From: Macrostomum lignano
Lineage: Eukaryota
DNA length: 64,000 bases
Direction of reading: 5' to 3'
Assembly (NCBI GenBank): GCA_002269645.1
Contig: NIVC01002016.1
Span: 95,431 to 159,430, forward strand
Both the position numbers and the translations under genes were made by a program. This document shows positions 1 to 13,848 of the stretch, piece by piece. Numbering within the stretch: the stretch's first letter is position 1; each line of letters opens with the position of its first letter. The notes under the pieces are model-generated. The model was given only the letters and a program-made list of their open reading frames with translations. It made no database searches and was not told where the DNA came from.

Positions 1-686
1 CGGCACAAAGCCGACAGCAGTTAAGACGGTCACGATTTTCCACGATTCTCACGGAAGCATGCCTTCGTCAGGTCAGCTCACCGAAGATTCTTAATAAAAT
101 ATTTCGTGAATATAGACGCCGCGGTGAATACTAGTTGCAGACTCTCTTGTTAATTCGTTTCACCTGCCTTCTGCACCAATTGACCCATGCTCACATAATC
201 ATAGGCATCTGCCGGCGTCTGTATAGAATTCCGAGCACGAGAAATTTGAGTAGCTGCCTTAGTCCCCAGGGCGCAGTCTCGTGTCTCGGCCTACCCTGCA
301 AGCTTTCCAGGCCAGCCCGCTAATAAGCGAATACGTGACGAGCCGCTTCAACTGCCGTGCACCTTTCGACACGTCTTGCGTGCATCTTCTGAGCAAAGTC
401 GTTATCCCTTTGTCGTCATCCCTCTAGGAGCAGCCGGCTGACACGTTCGCCCTTCGGGGTTACTACAGTAGTTGACCAATAGCATGCCATCTAAGGCTCC
501 ATTCGCTCTCCATTTTATCCCACGGCCTCTCCAATCCGATTCCTAGGCATGCTTTGCCCTATTCTCTCCAGTGCCTACTGATAAAAACTGGGCCCAGTAA
601 ATCAGAAAGATCGCCATCTCTAACTGCCTAACAACTTCTGGTTGAATTCCTACCTTCTCTCTACTCGCAATTCCCGCCACGCTGCT

Positions 687-1922
687 ATGCTGGAGTCCCA
701 GGCCGACCACGAGAACCACATCAACAATCGGACGAGCGCGGTGGATGAACCGCCTGAGCGGGTGCTGGCCTTCATCTCCGGGATTGCCATCCTGCTCTGC
801 CTGGTGCTGGGCGCCCTCGGTAACCTATGGATTATGATTGTGGTGCTGGTCCGCCGCGAGATGCGGAGCAACCTAATTAACCTGTTCATTGCCAGTCTAT
901 GCCTGAACGACTTGTTGAACTTGCTGCTAAACCAGAGCATGGTGGCGGTTTCCTATTTAGCCGGAAGCTGGAAGCTGGGTCCTCTGCTCTGCGAGCTCAT
1001 GCCAGAGCTCAACATGTTGCTGGTGTGCGTCTCCCTCTGGCACCACGCCTTAATTAGCCTGCACCGCTACATTGTGGTGGTGCACAACAGCACCTACGTA
1101 CAGCTGCACAAGGGTCTGTACGCTGGCATCATCCTGGCCGGTACTCGAGTGTTTGGCGCCCTGCTCAGCCTCTCCTTGCCGCTCTTCAACTCGGGCAGTT
1201 GGCGCGGCAGCACTGTCTATCAGGCCAAGATGCTGCGCTGCATCTACGAGAGAACCCAGCGGTTCCGCATACTGGGGGTCGTGATCATCTCCCAGCTGAT
1301 TCCTTGCGCGATCGTCATCGTCTGCTTCGCCCTGATCTTCGTGTTTGTCCGCCGGGCCAACACCGGCTCTCTGGTCAGCGATCAGCTGCTGATGCGACGC
1401 GAGCTGCGCATCACTAAGATGTTCGGCGTCGTGTTTCTCATGTTCCTGGTGGGGTTCCTGCCCTACGGCTGTCTGAGAATGATAGACTCTGGCAACACAC
1501 TCGGGCCGCAGGCGTACGTGCTCGTCACGCTGCTATACGCTGCTGCGTCCAGCGTCAACCCGCTGATCTTCGGCGCCATGAACAGAGAAATCCGGCTGGC
1601 CTGCCTGCGGCTGATCTCGCGGAGGAGCTCCCGGGCTTCCGCCGCCGCTGCCGCTGGCGCCTCCACAGCCGCCCGCACTGCCTCTGCAACCGCAGCCACC
1701 GGGAATAAGGTCCAACAGAAGCGACAAAAAAAGAAGCCAGTCGCCGCCGCCGCCTCGGTGGTTGAGGTCGGCGCCAGCAAGAATCGCTGCCGGCCGTCTA
1801 CGGAGCTTTCGTCTTCGCTGGGCAGCGGCGCCACTGCCGGGCCGGAGAGCCGCCAGCTGCTGTCCGTCAGCGACCCGGACCAGAGCTGCCAGCAGGAGAG
1901 CGACACCACACTGATGGATTGA
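687..1922 (+). CDS. Intronless class A (rhodopsin-like) GPCR, Tre1/moody/melatonin-receptor-like orphan
   Basis: Seven hydrophobic segments with class A motifs: TM1 LGN, TM2 NLFIASLCLNDL, TM3 C...SLHRY (DRY variant), TM5 IP, TM6 FLVGFLPY, TM7 NPLIFGAMN (NPxxY variant), then a low-complexity Ala/Ser tail. First ATG at 687; the track start at 642 is a TTG. Subfamily is inferred from the HRY/NRY-type motif. Confidence 0.92.
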   Translation: MLESQADHENHINNRTSAVDEPPERVLAFISGIAILLCLVLGALGNLWIMIVVLVRREMRSNLINLFIASLCLNDLLNLLLNQSMVAVSYLAGSWKLGPLLCELMPELNMLLVCVSLWHHALISLHRYIVVVHNSTYVQLHKGLYAGIILAGTRVFGALLSLSLPLFNSGSWRGSTVYQAKMLRCIYERTQRFRILGVVIISQLIPCAIVIVCFALIFVFVRRANTGSLVSDQLLMRRELRITKMFGVVFLMFLVGFLPYGCLRMIDSGNTLGPQAYVLVTLLYAAASSVNPLIFGAMNREIRLACLRLISRRSSRASAAAAAGASTAARTASATAATGNKVQQKRQKKKPVAAAASVVEVGASKNRCRPSTELSSSLGSGATAGPESRQLLSVSDPDQSCQQESDTTLMD

Positions 1923-3138
1923 GCAACCAAGTAGAGTTCAACACGAAAGAGTCACACGGGGGAAGCTTCTCGAAACTTGCATAACATTGGTTCGATCGTA
2001 ACTTGACGACGGTTGCGAGAAGCGACACCTTCGTTCGCAATTAACAACATAAAATTGAACTTATCCATTATACTAAAATTTTTTTTACTAATATTACTCA
2101 TGACCCACAGCTGACTGTTGTTGCATTGACCTTATTTTCGTGCAACTTTAGAGCTTTGACGACGTTGCATGAATCGAAACGCTTAAAAAAGACTTTAGCT
2201 AACTCATAACGAACCTATGAGCCTTGTCAAAGCAGCATTGCATTTGTAAATTTTAATTCACACAAAAAAATAGTTTTTTTCGTCCATGCTGAGTTTACTT
2301 GTCATTTACTTACCGCGTTCTTCTTAGTGTTCTTTGTCGAAAAGTTTTCGAAATATGATATTATTCGCTATGTTTCTGCACCACACCTTATTGGGTTAGC
2401 AAACTAAACATTGAAGAAAATCACTTCGTTAGGTTCGATAAATTTAACAACGAATTATGTTAACTGCCTGTCTAAGGTCGGGGAGTTTTAAGTCCATCAA
2501 GTTTTTTTTTAATTTTTTGTTGCTTTGCTAAATTTTCAGTTTTTGTTCTAATAATTTAAGCGCCACCATTTCTGTATATCTCATCCCAAATAAACTGAAG
2601 CTACCAGGTAGATGCTGCTTTTTGAGTTAACTACCTATGACTTTGGCTTTTTGCTTGCACAGACGAAGTAAAATGTTAAATCGGCACATTTATCAGATAC
2701 ACTTAGCGACAGTAGTCAACTTTTTTTCAGATATCAGCCTGAGTAACAAAATTTGTCTAAACTACAACGGATGGCCATAGACTATCGGCTTTAGGTGCTG
2801 TGGTGGCTTTGAAAGGTTTAAATTAAACCAGACGGGACAGAAAAGTACACGAATTAATGAGCCGAACAAGTTCGTTACTCGTTTAAGAAAAGTTCATTAG
2901 ATCGTATAAATTTAACAACACGAATTGTGCCAATTGCCTGCCTAAGGTCGGGAGTTTGCGTTGACGGGCTAGGGAAAGTAATAAAAATAGCCCCACCCAG
3001 CGCAGAGCTGTCTGCAAGCTAGTAAGAAACTGGGCCGGGCTTCCAGCTGAGAAAAAATAACTAATTAAATTCGCCACGGCGAAGTACGGATGCTACGCGA
3101 GCAAAACGGGACTTCTTCCCACCCGAAGGCCCTCGTTT

Positions 3139-3433
3139 GTTAGGGTTAGGGTTAGGGCTAGGGATACGTTTAGTTAGGGTTAGGGTTAGGTTTAGGGCTA
3201 GGGATACGTTTAGTTAGGGTTAGGGTTAGGTTTAGGGCTAGGGATACGTTTAGTTAGGGTTAGGGTTAGGTTTAGGGCTAGGGATACGTTTAGTTAGGGT
3301 TAGGGTTAGGTTTAGGGCTAGGGATACGTTTAGTTAGGGCTAGGTTTAGGGTTAGGGTTAGGTTTAGGACTAGGGTTAGGTTTGGGTTAGGGTTAAGGTT
3401 AGGTTTAGGGCTAGGTTTGGGTTAGGGATAGGG
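3139..3433. repeat. Interstitial telomere-like array: (TTAGGG)-rich with a 40-bp higher-order unit (GGGATACGTTTAGTTAGGGTTAGGGTTAGGTTTAGGGCTA, about 5 copies)
   Basis: GGGATACGTT recurs at 3161, 3201, 3241, 3281 and 3321, followed by degenerate TTAGGG/TTTAGG units. Confidence 0.9.
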
Positions 3434-5120
3434 TATTGCTGAGATTTCTAGTCTGGCGGGAGGTTTGTTGAGATAGGCTTAGGGGGGGGGGCATTGCTGA
3501 GCTGTCAAGGCTTACGAATTTCAATTCTCACAAGGATAATTGCTGAGGTTTATACCAAAAAGAAGCTACAGGTAGTTTATTCAGAAATTTGTACATATTC
3601 CATTCATTGTTGGCTTCCCAACGGGGGCGCCCTGACTGCTAGTTGCTTTCTAAAAGCGGTGAATCAGTCACCTGGCGGAATAGAACTTTTAGTAGTAGAC
3701 AAAATGAGCACGTCGTGAATGTTATAAGTAAAAAGGTATGCAAGGAAATGATTATTAGATCGGAAAAGTCCACGACTGCCAGCTATACAAATTTGTTGTT
3801 GTGTTCTGTCTGCGTTTTGTCCTGTGCGGCCTGTCTGACATTTCGACTTGTTGTCTGTCGAATCAAACCTACATGCATCATTAAGATATCAATATAATTG
3901 GGACCATATATATACTTATTACTATTGTTATTAATAAATGTTGGCGCTGCTTTTTGTACTGTATAATACAATATTTTTAAGGAGAACTAATTAATGCAGC
4001 GAAATAAAAAAATAGAAAAAAGTTCCGAATGCACTTTAAGACAAGAATTGTGAACTTCACTAATTTCTACCTCCCTATGGCACTGTGGACATGTCCTGTC
4101 TTCATTGCCAGTTTATGGTTTTGCTAATCTAAACTGTGACAGTTTTTTTAATTATGGACAGGAAATTTCTATAGGACAAACTTTTTCTGGCAGAGTTCCC
4201 TACTCTTGTATACAGTGTCGCGTATATTCCAGTCCCAAACTGGCTTTGTGTGTTCTGACTTTCCTCAGATCTCAGACTCAAGTTGGCGCCATTCCTGTCA
4301 ACTGTGGGCGATGCAGTTCGCTTGGGCTGGTGAGGAGAGAGTGGAGAGTTATGGCTAAGAGTTGAATTGAAGCTGCCACTTGTTGACCAACTGGTTTCGG
4401 GTTGGAAGCTTTAACATGTCGCTGAGTGTATATGTACGAGGGTATGAATGCATTTTCCTGTTATTATTGCTCATATTAATATTGGCTTCTTAGTTTCCCA
4501 AAGCAACGTTGTGTAAAGAAAGAAGCAGAGCGGTAGTTATTTTTAAAAGCAGCCAGCAAATGCAAATTTTCATTATTCATCAGTCAATAAAAGCAACCAA
4601 TTTTGTAAGCAGCACTGCAAGCAGCACTTTACAAGGCAAAATATTCCGATGTTACAAGTGCAACTGCACCGAATACCACTAGGGTTATAAAAGAATAAGG
4701 AAATTCTTTATGCTCGCAGTCAGAATCGACACGAGCCGGTCTTTCATATTTGTTTTTCAGTATTTTCATATTTTTCCAGAATAATAATGCATGAAAATTG
4801 CCCATAAAGATGATTGTTTTCAAACCAATTTCAGGTGGATAAAGCTTTGTAAGCATTTAAAACAAACTACGTGATTCACAGTCAAATTGCCGCTACGGAG
4901 CGCTCGCTTAAGAATTGGAAACGGATGGAAGTCACTCACACGGACCCGCATTGACTTCTGATCGCTTGCAGAAATTGGTGGAATCCACCTGGGCAGAGGA
5001 GCTCTTCGATAGATGGAGATGCTGATATACAGAATCTCAATGATCTGAAGATCAGAAAGCCCCTCCGTCTCTCTGAACTTTTTAGTGTCCCACGCATTTA
5101 CGAGTAGACTCTGCAACGAT

Positions 5121-6021
5121 CATTGGAATGTTCAGGATGTATTAGCCATTGGGAATGTTCAGGATGTATTAACCATTGGGAATGTTCAGGATGTATTAAC
5201 CATTAGGAATGTTCAGGATGTATTAGCCATTGGGAATGTTCAGGATGTATTAACCATTGGGAATGTTCAGGATTTATTAGCCATTGGGAATGTTCAGGAT
5301 GTATTAGCCATTGGAATGCTCAGGATGTATTAGCCATTGGAATGCTCAGGATGTATTAGCCATTGGGAATATTCAGGATGTATTAGCCATTGGAATGTTC
5401 AGGATGTATTAGCCATTGGGATTGTTCAGGATGTATTAGCCATTGGGATTGTTCAGGATGTATTAGCCATTGGGAATGTTCAGGATGTATTAGCCATTGG
5501 GAATGTTCAGGATGTATTAGCCATTGGGAATATTCAGGATGTATTAGCCATTGGAATGCTCAGGATGTATTAGCCATTGGGAATATTCAGGATGTATTAG
5601 CCATTGGAATGCTCAGGATGTATTAGCCATTGGGAATATTCAGGATGTATTAGCCATTGGAATGTTCAGGATGTATTAGCCATTGGGATTGTTCAGGATG
5701 TATTAGCCATTGGGATTGTTCAGGATGTATTAGCCATTGGGAATGTTCAGGATGTATTAGCCATTGGGAATGCTCAGGATGTATTAGCCATTGGAATGTT
5801 CAGGATGTATTAGCCATTGGAATGCTCAGGATGTATTAGCCATTGGGAATATTCAGGATGTATTAGCCATTGGAATGTTCAGGATGTATTAGCCATTGGG
5901 ATTGTTCAGGATGTATTAGCCATTGGGATTGTTCAGGATGTATTAGCCATTGGGAATGTTCAGGATGTATTAGCCATTGGGAATGCTCAGGATGTATTAG
6001 CCATTGGGAATGCTCAGGATG
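5121..6021. repeat. 27/26-bp minisatellite (CAGGATGTATTAGCCATTGGGAATGTT)
   Basis: About 33 tandem units; the variant pattern (paired GGGATT units) recurs near 5417, 5684 and 5897. Confidence 0.95.
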
Positions 6022-6480
6022 CGCAAGCCAGACGGACAAAAAATCAAAGTACTCAAAGGACTGTGTTACATAAAATTACAGACAATGCCATGCAGGAACA
6101 GCGGAGAATCGAAGAGAAAAGTCCAAACCAGATAAAAGTCTTCGTAGACTTCTTCTGTGTTCCGCCTCCAGGTTAATCGTAGAATCCAGTCACCCGGACA
6201 GATTGCGTGACTAACACTCCGCTGCATGGATGTCAACAAATGAGGATAGATTCAAAGATGAACAGGGTGCTACAGTCTATAGTAAAAAAATTTCGCTATA
6301 TTTTCCCCTGTTGTTATTGCAACACCCTCCTTTGTGTTGGACCCGCGTACCGCGTTTCACTGTACGATTTTTTCGACGCTTTTCAAGTTTCCAGAAAATA
6401 CTCGTATTTAAAAGTCTCAGCGCCCGGATTTATGGGGCTACGCGGATAGCAGAGCAAGCCGGTTCGCACCTTACCTAACC

Positions 6481-9400
6481 CCTGTCACAGACCCTAAAGC
6501 ACCTACCTGTCACAGACCCTGAAACTCTATCACAGACCCTAGAGCATCTATCACAGACTGAAGTGATTAAAGAACCCTGTCACAGACACTAAAACTTTGT
6601 CACAAACCCAAGAGCACCTGTCAAAAGCCATAGAACCCGGCCCCTGTCACAGACCCTAGAGTACCTGTCACAGACCCTAGAGTACCTGTCACAGACCCTA
6701 GAGTACCTGTCACAGACCCTAGAGTACCTGTCACAGACCCTAGAGTACCTGTCACAGACCCTAGAGTACCTGTCACAGACCCTAGAGTACCTGTCACAAA
6801 CCCTGGAGTACCTGTCACAGACCCTAGAGTACCTGTCACAGACCCTAGAGTACCTGTCACAGACCCTAGAGTACCTGTCACAGACCCTAGAGTACCTGTC
6901 ACAGACCCTAGAGTACCTGTCACAGACCCTAGAGTACCTGTCACAGACCCTAGAGTACCTGTCACAGATCCTAGAGTACCTGTCACAGACCCTAGAGTAC
7001 CTGTCACAGACCCTAGAGTACTTGTCACAGACCCTAGAGTACCTGTCACAGACCTTAGAGTACCTGTCACAGACCCTAGAGTACCTGTCACAGACCCTAG
7101 AGTACCTGTCACAGATCCTAGAGCACCTGTCACAGACCCTAGAGTACCTGTCACAGACCCTAGAGTACCTGTCACAGACCCTAGAGTACCTGTCACAGAC
7201 CCTAGAGTACCTGTCACAGACCCTAGAGTACCTGTCACAGACCCTAGAGTACCTGTCACAGACCCTAGAGTACCTGTCACAGACCCTAGAGTACCTGTCA
7301 CAGACCCTAGAGTACCTGTACAGACCCTAGAGTACCTATACAGACCCTAGAGTACCTGTCACAGACCCTAGAGTACCTGTACAGACCCTAGAGTACCTGT
7401 CACAGACCCTAGAGTACCTGTCACAGACCCTAGAGTACCTGTCACAGACCCTAGAGTACCTGTCACAGACCCTAGAGTACCTGTCACAGACCTTAGAGTA
7501 CCTGTCACAGACCCTAGAGTACCTGTCACAGACCCTAGAGTACTTGTCACAGACCCTAGAGTACCTGTCACAGACCTTAGAGTACCTGTCACAGACCCTA
7601 GAGTACCTGTCACAGACCCTAGAGTACCTGTCACAGACCCTAGAGTACCTGTCACAGACCCTAGAGTACCTGTACAGACCCTAGAGTACCTATACAGACC
7701 CTAGAGTACCTGTCACAGACCCTAGAGTACCTGTCACAGACCCTAGAGTACCTGTCACAGACCCTAGAGTACCTGTCACAGACCCTAGAGTACCTGTACA
7801 GACCCTAGAGTACCTATACAGACCCTAGAGTACCTGTCACAGACCCTAGAGTACCTGTCACAGACCCTAGAGTACCTGTCACAGACCCTAGAGTACCTGT
7901 ACAGACCCTAGAGTACCTATACAGACCCTAGAGTACCTGTCACAGACCCTAGAGTACCTGTCACAGACCCTAGAGTACCTGTCACAGACCCTAGAGTACC
8001 TGTCACAAACCCTGGAGTACCTGTCACAGACCCTAGAGTACCTGTCACAGACCCTAGAGTACCTGTCACAGACCCTAGAGTACCTGTCACAGACCCTAGA
8101 GTACCTGTCACAGACCCTAGAGTACCTGTCACAGACCCTAGAGTACCTGTCACAGACCCTAGAGTACCTGTCACAGACCCTAGAGTACCTGTCACAGACC
8201 TTAGAGTACCTGTCACAGACCCTAGAGTACCTGTCACAGACCCTAGAGTACTTGTCACAGACCCTAGAGTACCTGTCACAGACCTTAGAGTACCTGTCAC
8301 AGACCCTAGAGTACCTGTCACAGACCCTAGAGTACCTGTCACAGACCCTAGAGTACCTGTCACAGACCCTAGAGTACCTGTCACAGACCCTAGAGTACCT
8401 GTCACAGACCCTAGAGTACCTGTCACAGACCCTAGAGTACCTGTCACAAACCCTGGAGTACCTGTCACAGACCCTAGAGTACCTGTCACAGACCCTAGAG
8501 TACCTGTCACAGACCCTAGAGTACCTGTCACAGACCCTAGAGTACCTGTCACAGACCCTAGAGTACCTGTCACAGACCCTAGAGTACCTGTCACAGACCC
8601 TAGAGTACCTGTCACAGATCCTAGAGTACCTGTCACAGACCCTAGAGTACCTGTCACAGACCCTAGAGTACCTGTCACAGACCCTAGAGTACCTGTCACA
8701 GACCTTAGAGTACCTGTCACAGACCCTAGAGTACCTGTCACAGACCCTAGAGTACCTGTCACAGATCCTAGAGCACCTGTCACAGACCCTAGAGTACCTG
8801 TCACAGACCCTAGAGTACCTGTCACAGACCCTAGAGTACCTGTCACAGACCCTAGAGTACCTGTCACAGACCCTAGAGTACCTGTCACAGACCCTAGAGT
8901 ACCTGTCACAGACCCTAGAGTACCTGTCACAGACCCTAGAGTACCTGTCACAGACCCTAGAGTACCTGTCACAGACCCTAGAGTACCTGTCACAGACCCT
9001 AGAGTACCTGTCACAGACCCTAGAGTACCTGTCACAGACCCTAGAGTACCTGTCACAAACCCTGGAGTACCTGTCACAGACCCTAGAGTACCTGTCACAG
9101 ACCCTAGAGTACCTGTCACAGACCCTAGAGTACCTGTCACAGACCCTAGAGTACCTGTCACAGACCCTAGAGTACCTGTCACAGACCCTAGAGTACCTGT
9201 CACAGACCCTAGAGTACCTGTCACAGATCCTAGAGTACCTGTCACAGACCCTAGAGTACCTGTCACAGACCCTAGAGTACTTGTCACAGACCCTAGAGTA
9301 CCTGTCACAGACCTTAGAGTACCTGTCACAGACCCTAGAGTACCTGTCACAGACCCTAGAGTACCTGTCACAGATCCTAGAGCACCTGTCACAGACCCTA

Positions 9401-9720
9401 GAGTACCTGTCACAGACCCTAGAGTACCTGTCACAGACCCTAGAGTACCTGTCACAGACCCTAGAGTACCTGTCACAGACCCTAGAGTACCTGTCACAGA
9501 CCCTAGAGTACCTGTCACAGACCCTAGAGTACCTGTCACAGACCCTAGAGTACCTGTCACAGACCCTAGAGTACCTGTACAGACCCTAGAGTACCTATAC
9601 AGACCCTAGAGTACCTGTCACAGACCCTAGAGTACCTGTACAGACCCTAGAGTACCTGTCACAGACCCTAGAGTACCTGTCACAGACCCTAGAGTACCTG
9701 TACTCTCGTACAGACCCTAG
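6481..9720. repeat. 21-bp minisatellite (CCTGTCACAGACCCTAGAGTA), about 150 copies, with higher-order blocks
   Basis: Near-perfect units from about 6643, degenerate units from 6481. It accounts for the SQTLEYL and VTGTLGS pseudo-ORFs. Confidence 0.97.
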
Positions 9721-10137
9721 AATTCCTTGCTACTAATATTGTCTAATGAATTTCCCCCAATTTTGAAGTGTTCGTCACCAATATCCCCGCTTTACCTGGC
9801 ACTGCAGTCATAATTTAAAATGTGCAGCAGACCTTGAAGGCTGAGGACCATAAGTCACGTGATAGCTTTCTTACTATCAACCTGGCTAAGCTGGAGAGTA
9901 ATAAATAACACCACCCGCTGCGAAGTGAAAATTCCATACTAATTAATTAACAAAGACAGGATTAACGCGACAAGGATGAAGCAGAAGGCTGAGAAGCCGT
10001 GGAACTACATCAGATACTGTAAGAAGGTGTGGCCCCAATGGGAAATAAAGAGATATCTAGCTGTCTGGAAAATCCTATAATCTCTTCTGCTCAGTAAAAT
10101 TGATGAAAATTTCAAGAGGCGTGTCCCGTGTGTGCAA

Positions 10138-10640
10138 CTCAATCATATGAGCTAACGACTGCTCAATCATATGAGCTAATGACTGCTCAATCATATGAGC
10201 TAATGACTGCTCAATCATATGAGCTAATGACTGCTCAATCATATGAGCTAATGACTGCTCAATCATATGAGCTAATGACTGCTCAATCATATGAGCTAAT
10301 AGCCTAATGACTGCTCAATCATATGAGCTAATGACTGCTCAATCATATGAGCTAATAGTCTAATGACTGCTCAATCATATGAGCTAATGACTGCTCAATC
10401 ATATGAGCTAATGACTGCTCAATCATATGAGCTAATAGCCTAATGACTGCTCAATCATATGAGCTAATAGCCTAATGACTGCTCAATCATATGAGCTAAT
10501 AGCCTAATGACTGCTCAATCATATGAGCTAATGACTGCTCAATCATATGAGCTAATGACTGCTCAATCATATGAGCTAACGACTGCTCAATCATATGAGC
10601 TAATGACTGCTCAATCATATGAGCTAATGACTGCTCAATA
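10138..10640. repeat. 24-bp minisatellite (GACTGCTCAATCATATGAGCTAAT) with 32-bp insertion variants
   Basis: About 20 units; each carries a GCTCA...TGAGC inverted pair. Confidence 0.95.
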
Positions 10641-11039
10641 GTATGAACAATAAGTTGACCTGCTCAGGATGAGATGATCAGCTTTCACATAATTTGTTAA
10701 AGACAAGTACAAGTATGAAAAGTAAGTGAAGATCTTCGTGGTGCACTTCGTGGATAGAAAGTCAGTCAGTCTTAAGTCTCAAAGGAAAAATACCGAAGGA
10801 CGCCAGGAAGCTGCAGGTGGAGGAGAGAGCTAGTTTGCCTCGGGGTGCCTTTGGCGACCCCCCCTCAATTCTCTCGCATCCGACTGAAGCAATCAATCTT
10901 AAAATGAGCAGTTGGAAAACTGGCATTTGCTCAAGGCGAATTCGAATTCAAGGACAGTTTCGTGGCAGATTGAGATTAATCGAGATGCAATGGCCTGCCT
11001 TCCGAGTCTGGGAATACGAGCCTTTTCGGGATTCATTCT

Positions 11040-11418
11040 AGTCCTTGGTTTAGAAGTTTTTTGGAAGTCCTTGGACTAGAAGTGTATTTTGTAAGTTCTT
11101 GAATTGAAAACATATTTTAGGAGTCCTCGGACTGGAAATGTATTTTTGAAGTTCTTGGACTAAAAGTGTTTTTTGGGAGTTCTTAAGTTTAAAAACGTAT
11201 TTTGGGAGTCCTTGGACTGGCAATGTAATTTGGAAGTTCTTGGACTGGAAATGTATTTTGGGAGTCTTTGGACTAGAAATTTATTTTTTTATCTTTGGAC
11301 TAGAAATATCTGTTAGTCCTTGGACTAAACGTGTATTTTTGGAGTGGAGTGGACTGGACTGGAAATGTATTTTGGGAGTCCATTGACTTGAAGTGTATCT
11401 TGGGAGTCCTTGGTTCTT
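11040..11418. repeat. Degenerate 29-31-bp minisatellite (GTCCTTGGACTGGAAATGTATTTTGGGAG)
   Basis: About 12 diverged units. Confidence 0.8.
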
Positions 11419-11999
11419 GGCTGGCGTGAACTGGCTGTGTTATGTGACAGCCAACGGTGAGAGATGGAAGCTAAGAAAGGAGAAAAGTCCCTTTTATTGT
11501 GGTGTCGGGGCATAGCCGGTAGCCTCAGCCTATTCAGACTTTCACCTCCAGCCAAAAAACGGACTTCCTGTGCGTCAGTTGTCAAAGTTTAATCAAGCAG
11601 TTATGCTGTATGTTAGCATTCATTCAGATTTAGTAAATTATCTTTCACAAGAGACTTGGGTGCTCTTTGGAGAGAGGGAAAAAGGATAGAGTCATTGTGT
11701 CATTGCGTTATAAATAACGAAAAGGCTTTGGCCTCTGAAAAAGGCTTCATTAATCAACTCAGCACTTTTGAGTTTTTCAGCTTTAGGAGAGTAAATGGTA
11801 TGTATATATTCATGTAGCTTTTAATAACAATAAAGCTGTAGCTGTTACTGAGAGGCATAATTAATCGTACATGTATGAAGGTTTAAGAGCATGCGAAAGT
11901 GATGATGCAATATATGATGTATGATATGATGTAATTGATGTAAGAGCATGCGAAAGTGATGATGTCGGCCAAAAATTGCAATTTTGCAAAAGAAAGACA

Positions 12000-12740
<741 letters not shown>

Positions 12741-13527
12741 ACAATTTTTATCTGTTAATAATAATTCGCTGTTGCAGTGAGAGCGTCAGGCGGACAAGGC
12801 TGGCGGGAACCTGTACAGATGAGAGACACACCCCATAATTATTTGTGCTTTACCGCCGAGGCTCTTAATCGAGGAAAAGCTAAACAAAAAAGAGGCATCA
12901 GTTTATGCGAAGGTACTCGTAAAACCCCTAATTAAAACAGGGAAGTATATTCAAGGGAGCCGCAGGATGTGACAGCAAGACAAGTTAACCAGTACCCGAA
13001 CCGGGAAAACCTGCTAGGGATGCTGATGTCTATTGTTAGAGCTGCAATTACAGCCCAGGGCTTCTTTAGGCTGATGTTATTTTTGTCAGCTATTTGGGTA
13101 GCGCCGCAGGCAACCCCTTGACGGTGAGATAGGGAAATTCCTAGAACAAGAACACTCTCCAACTGCACGGCTTCATTCTCGTCAGACAGTTCTGACGTCT
13201 GACAGCCGAGTCCATGTGTACCAAAATAGACAAAGTAGATTTATAAAGCCACTCAAGCGCATGTAAACAATGCTTTAGAAGTACAAACTTGTCATAACAG
13301 CAGAACAGACCATTTTTTGATTGCACATAATTGTGTTCGTCAAGTGGTATACAGGTATTGCAATATATCTCTCAGATACATGCAGCATTCATGTAGGTAG
13401 GCAGTAATTCAAATGGCTCACTGGATTCTCTGGGCTTAACAATGTCCGCCTAGTTTTTGTCTGGCAACCTGGGCGGTTGCGGCAGGCGCGTTCCAAATAC
13501 GGTATGCGGCGGCTGACACATGATCGA

Positions 13528-13848
13528 TCTCTCCTCCCCGTGTCTACTCCCCAGCTCTGTCTCTCCTCCCCGTGTCTACTCCCCATCTCTGTCTCTCCTC
13601 CCCGTGTCTACTCCCCAGCTCTGTCTCTCCTCCCCGTGTCTACTCCCCATCTCTGTCTCTCCTCCCCGTGTCTACTCCCCAGCTCTGTCTCTCCTCCCCG
13701 TGTCTACTCCCCAGCTCTGTCTCTCCTCCCCGTGTCTACTCCCCATCTCTGTCTCTCCTCCCCGTGTCTACTCCCCAGCTCTGTCTCTCCTCCCCGTGTC
13801 TACTCCCCATCTCTGTCTCTCCTCCCCGTGTCTACTCCCCATCTCCCC
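13528..13848. repeat. 32-bp minisatellite (CTCTCCTCCCCGTGTCTACTCCCCAGCTCTGT)
   Basis: About 10 tandem units. Confidence 0.95.

Noticed and set aside
2430-2960. Diverged about 60-bp direct repeat (about 2430-2490 and 2898-2960); a similar pair lies at about 27255-27320 and 27380-27440
   Set aside because: Short local duplications with no TIR, TSD or coding link.
6621-9589. Long ORFs of (VTGTLGS)n and (SQTLEYL)n resembling ice-nucleation/antifreeze repeats
   Set aside because: Translations of a stop-free 21-bp minisatellite, open on both strands, with no unique N- or C-terminus and no splice context.
10800-11040. Frame EQLENWHLL...WQIEINRDAM resembling a LINE ORF1 remnant
   Set aside because: Too short and degenerate to support without a profile search.
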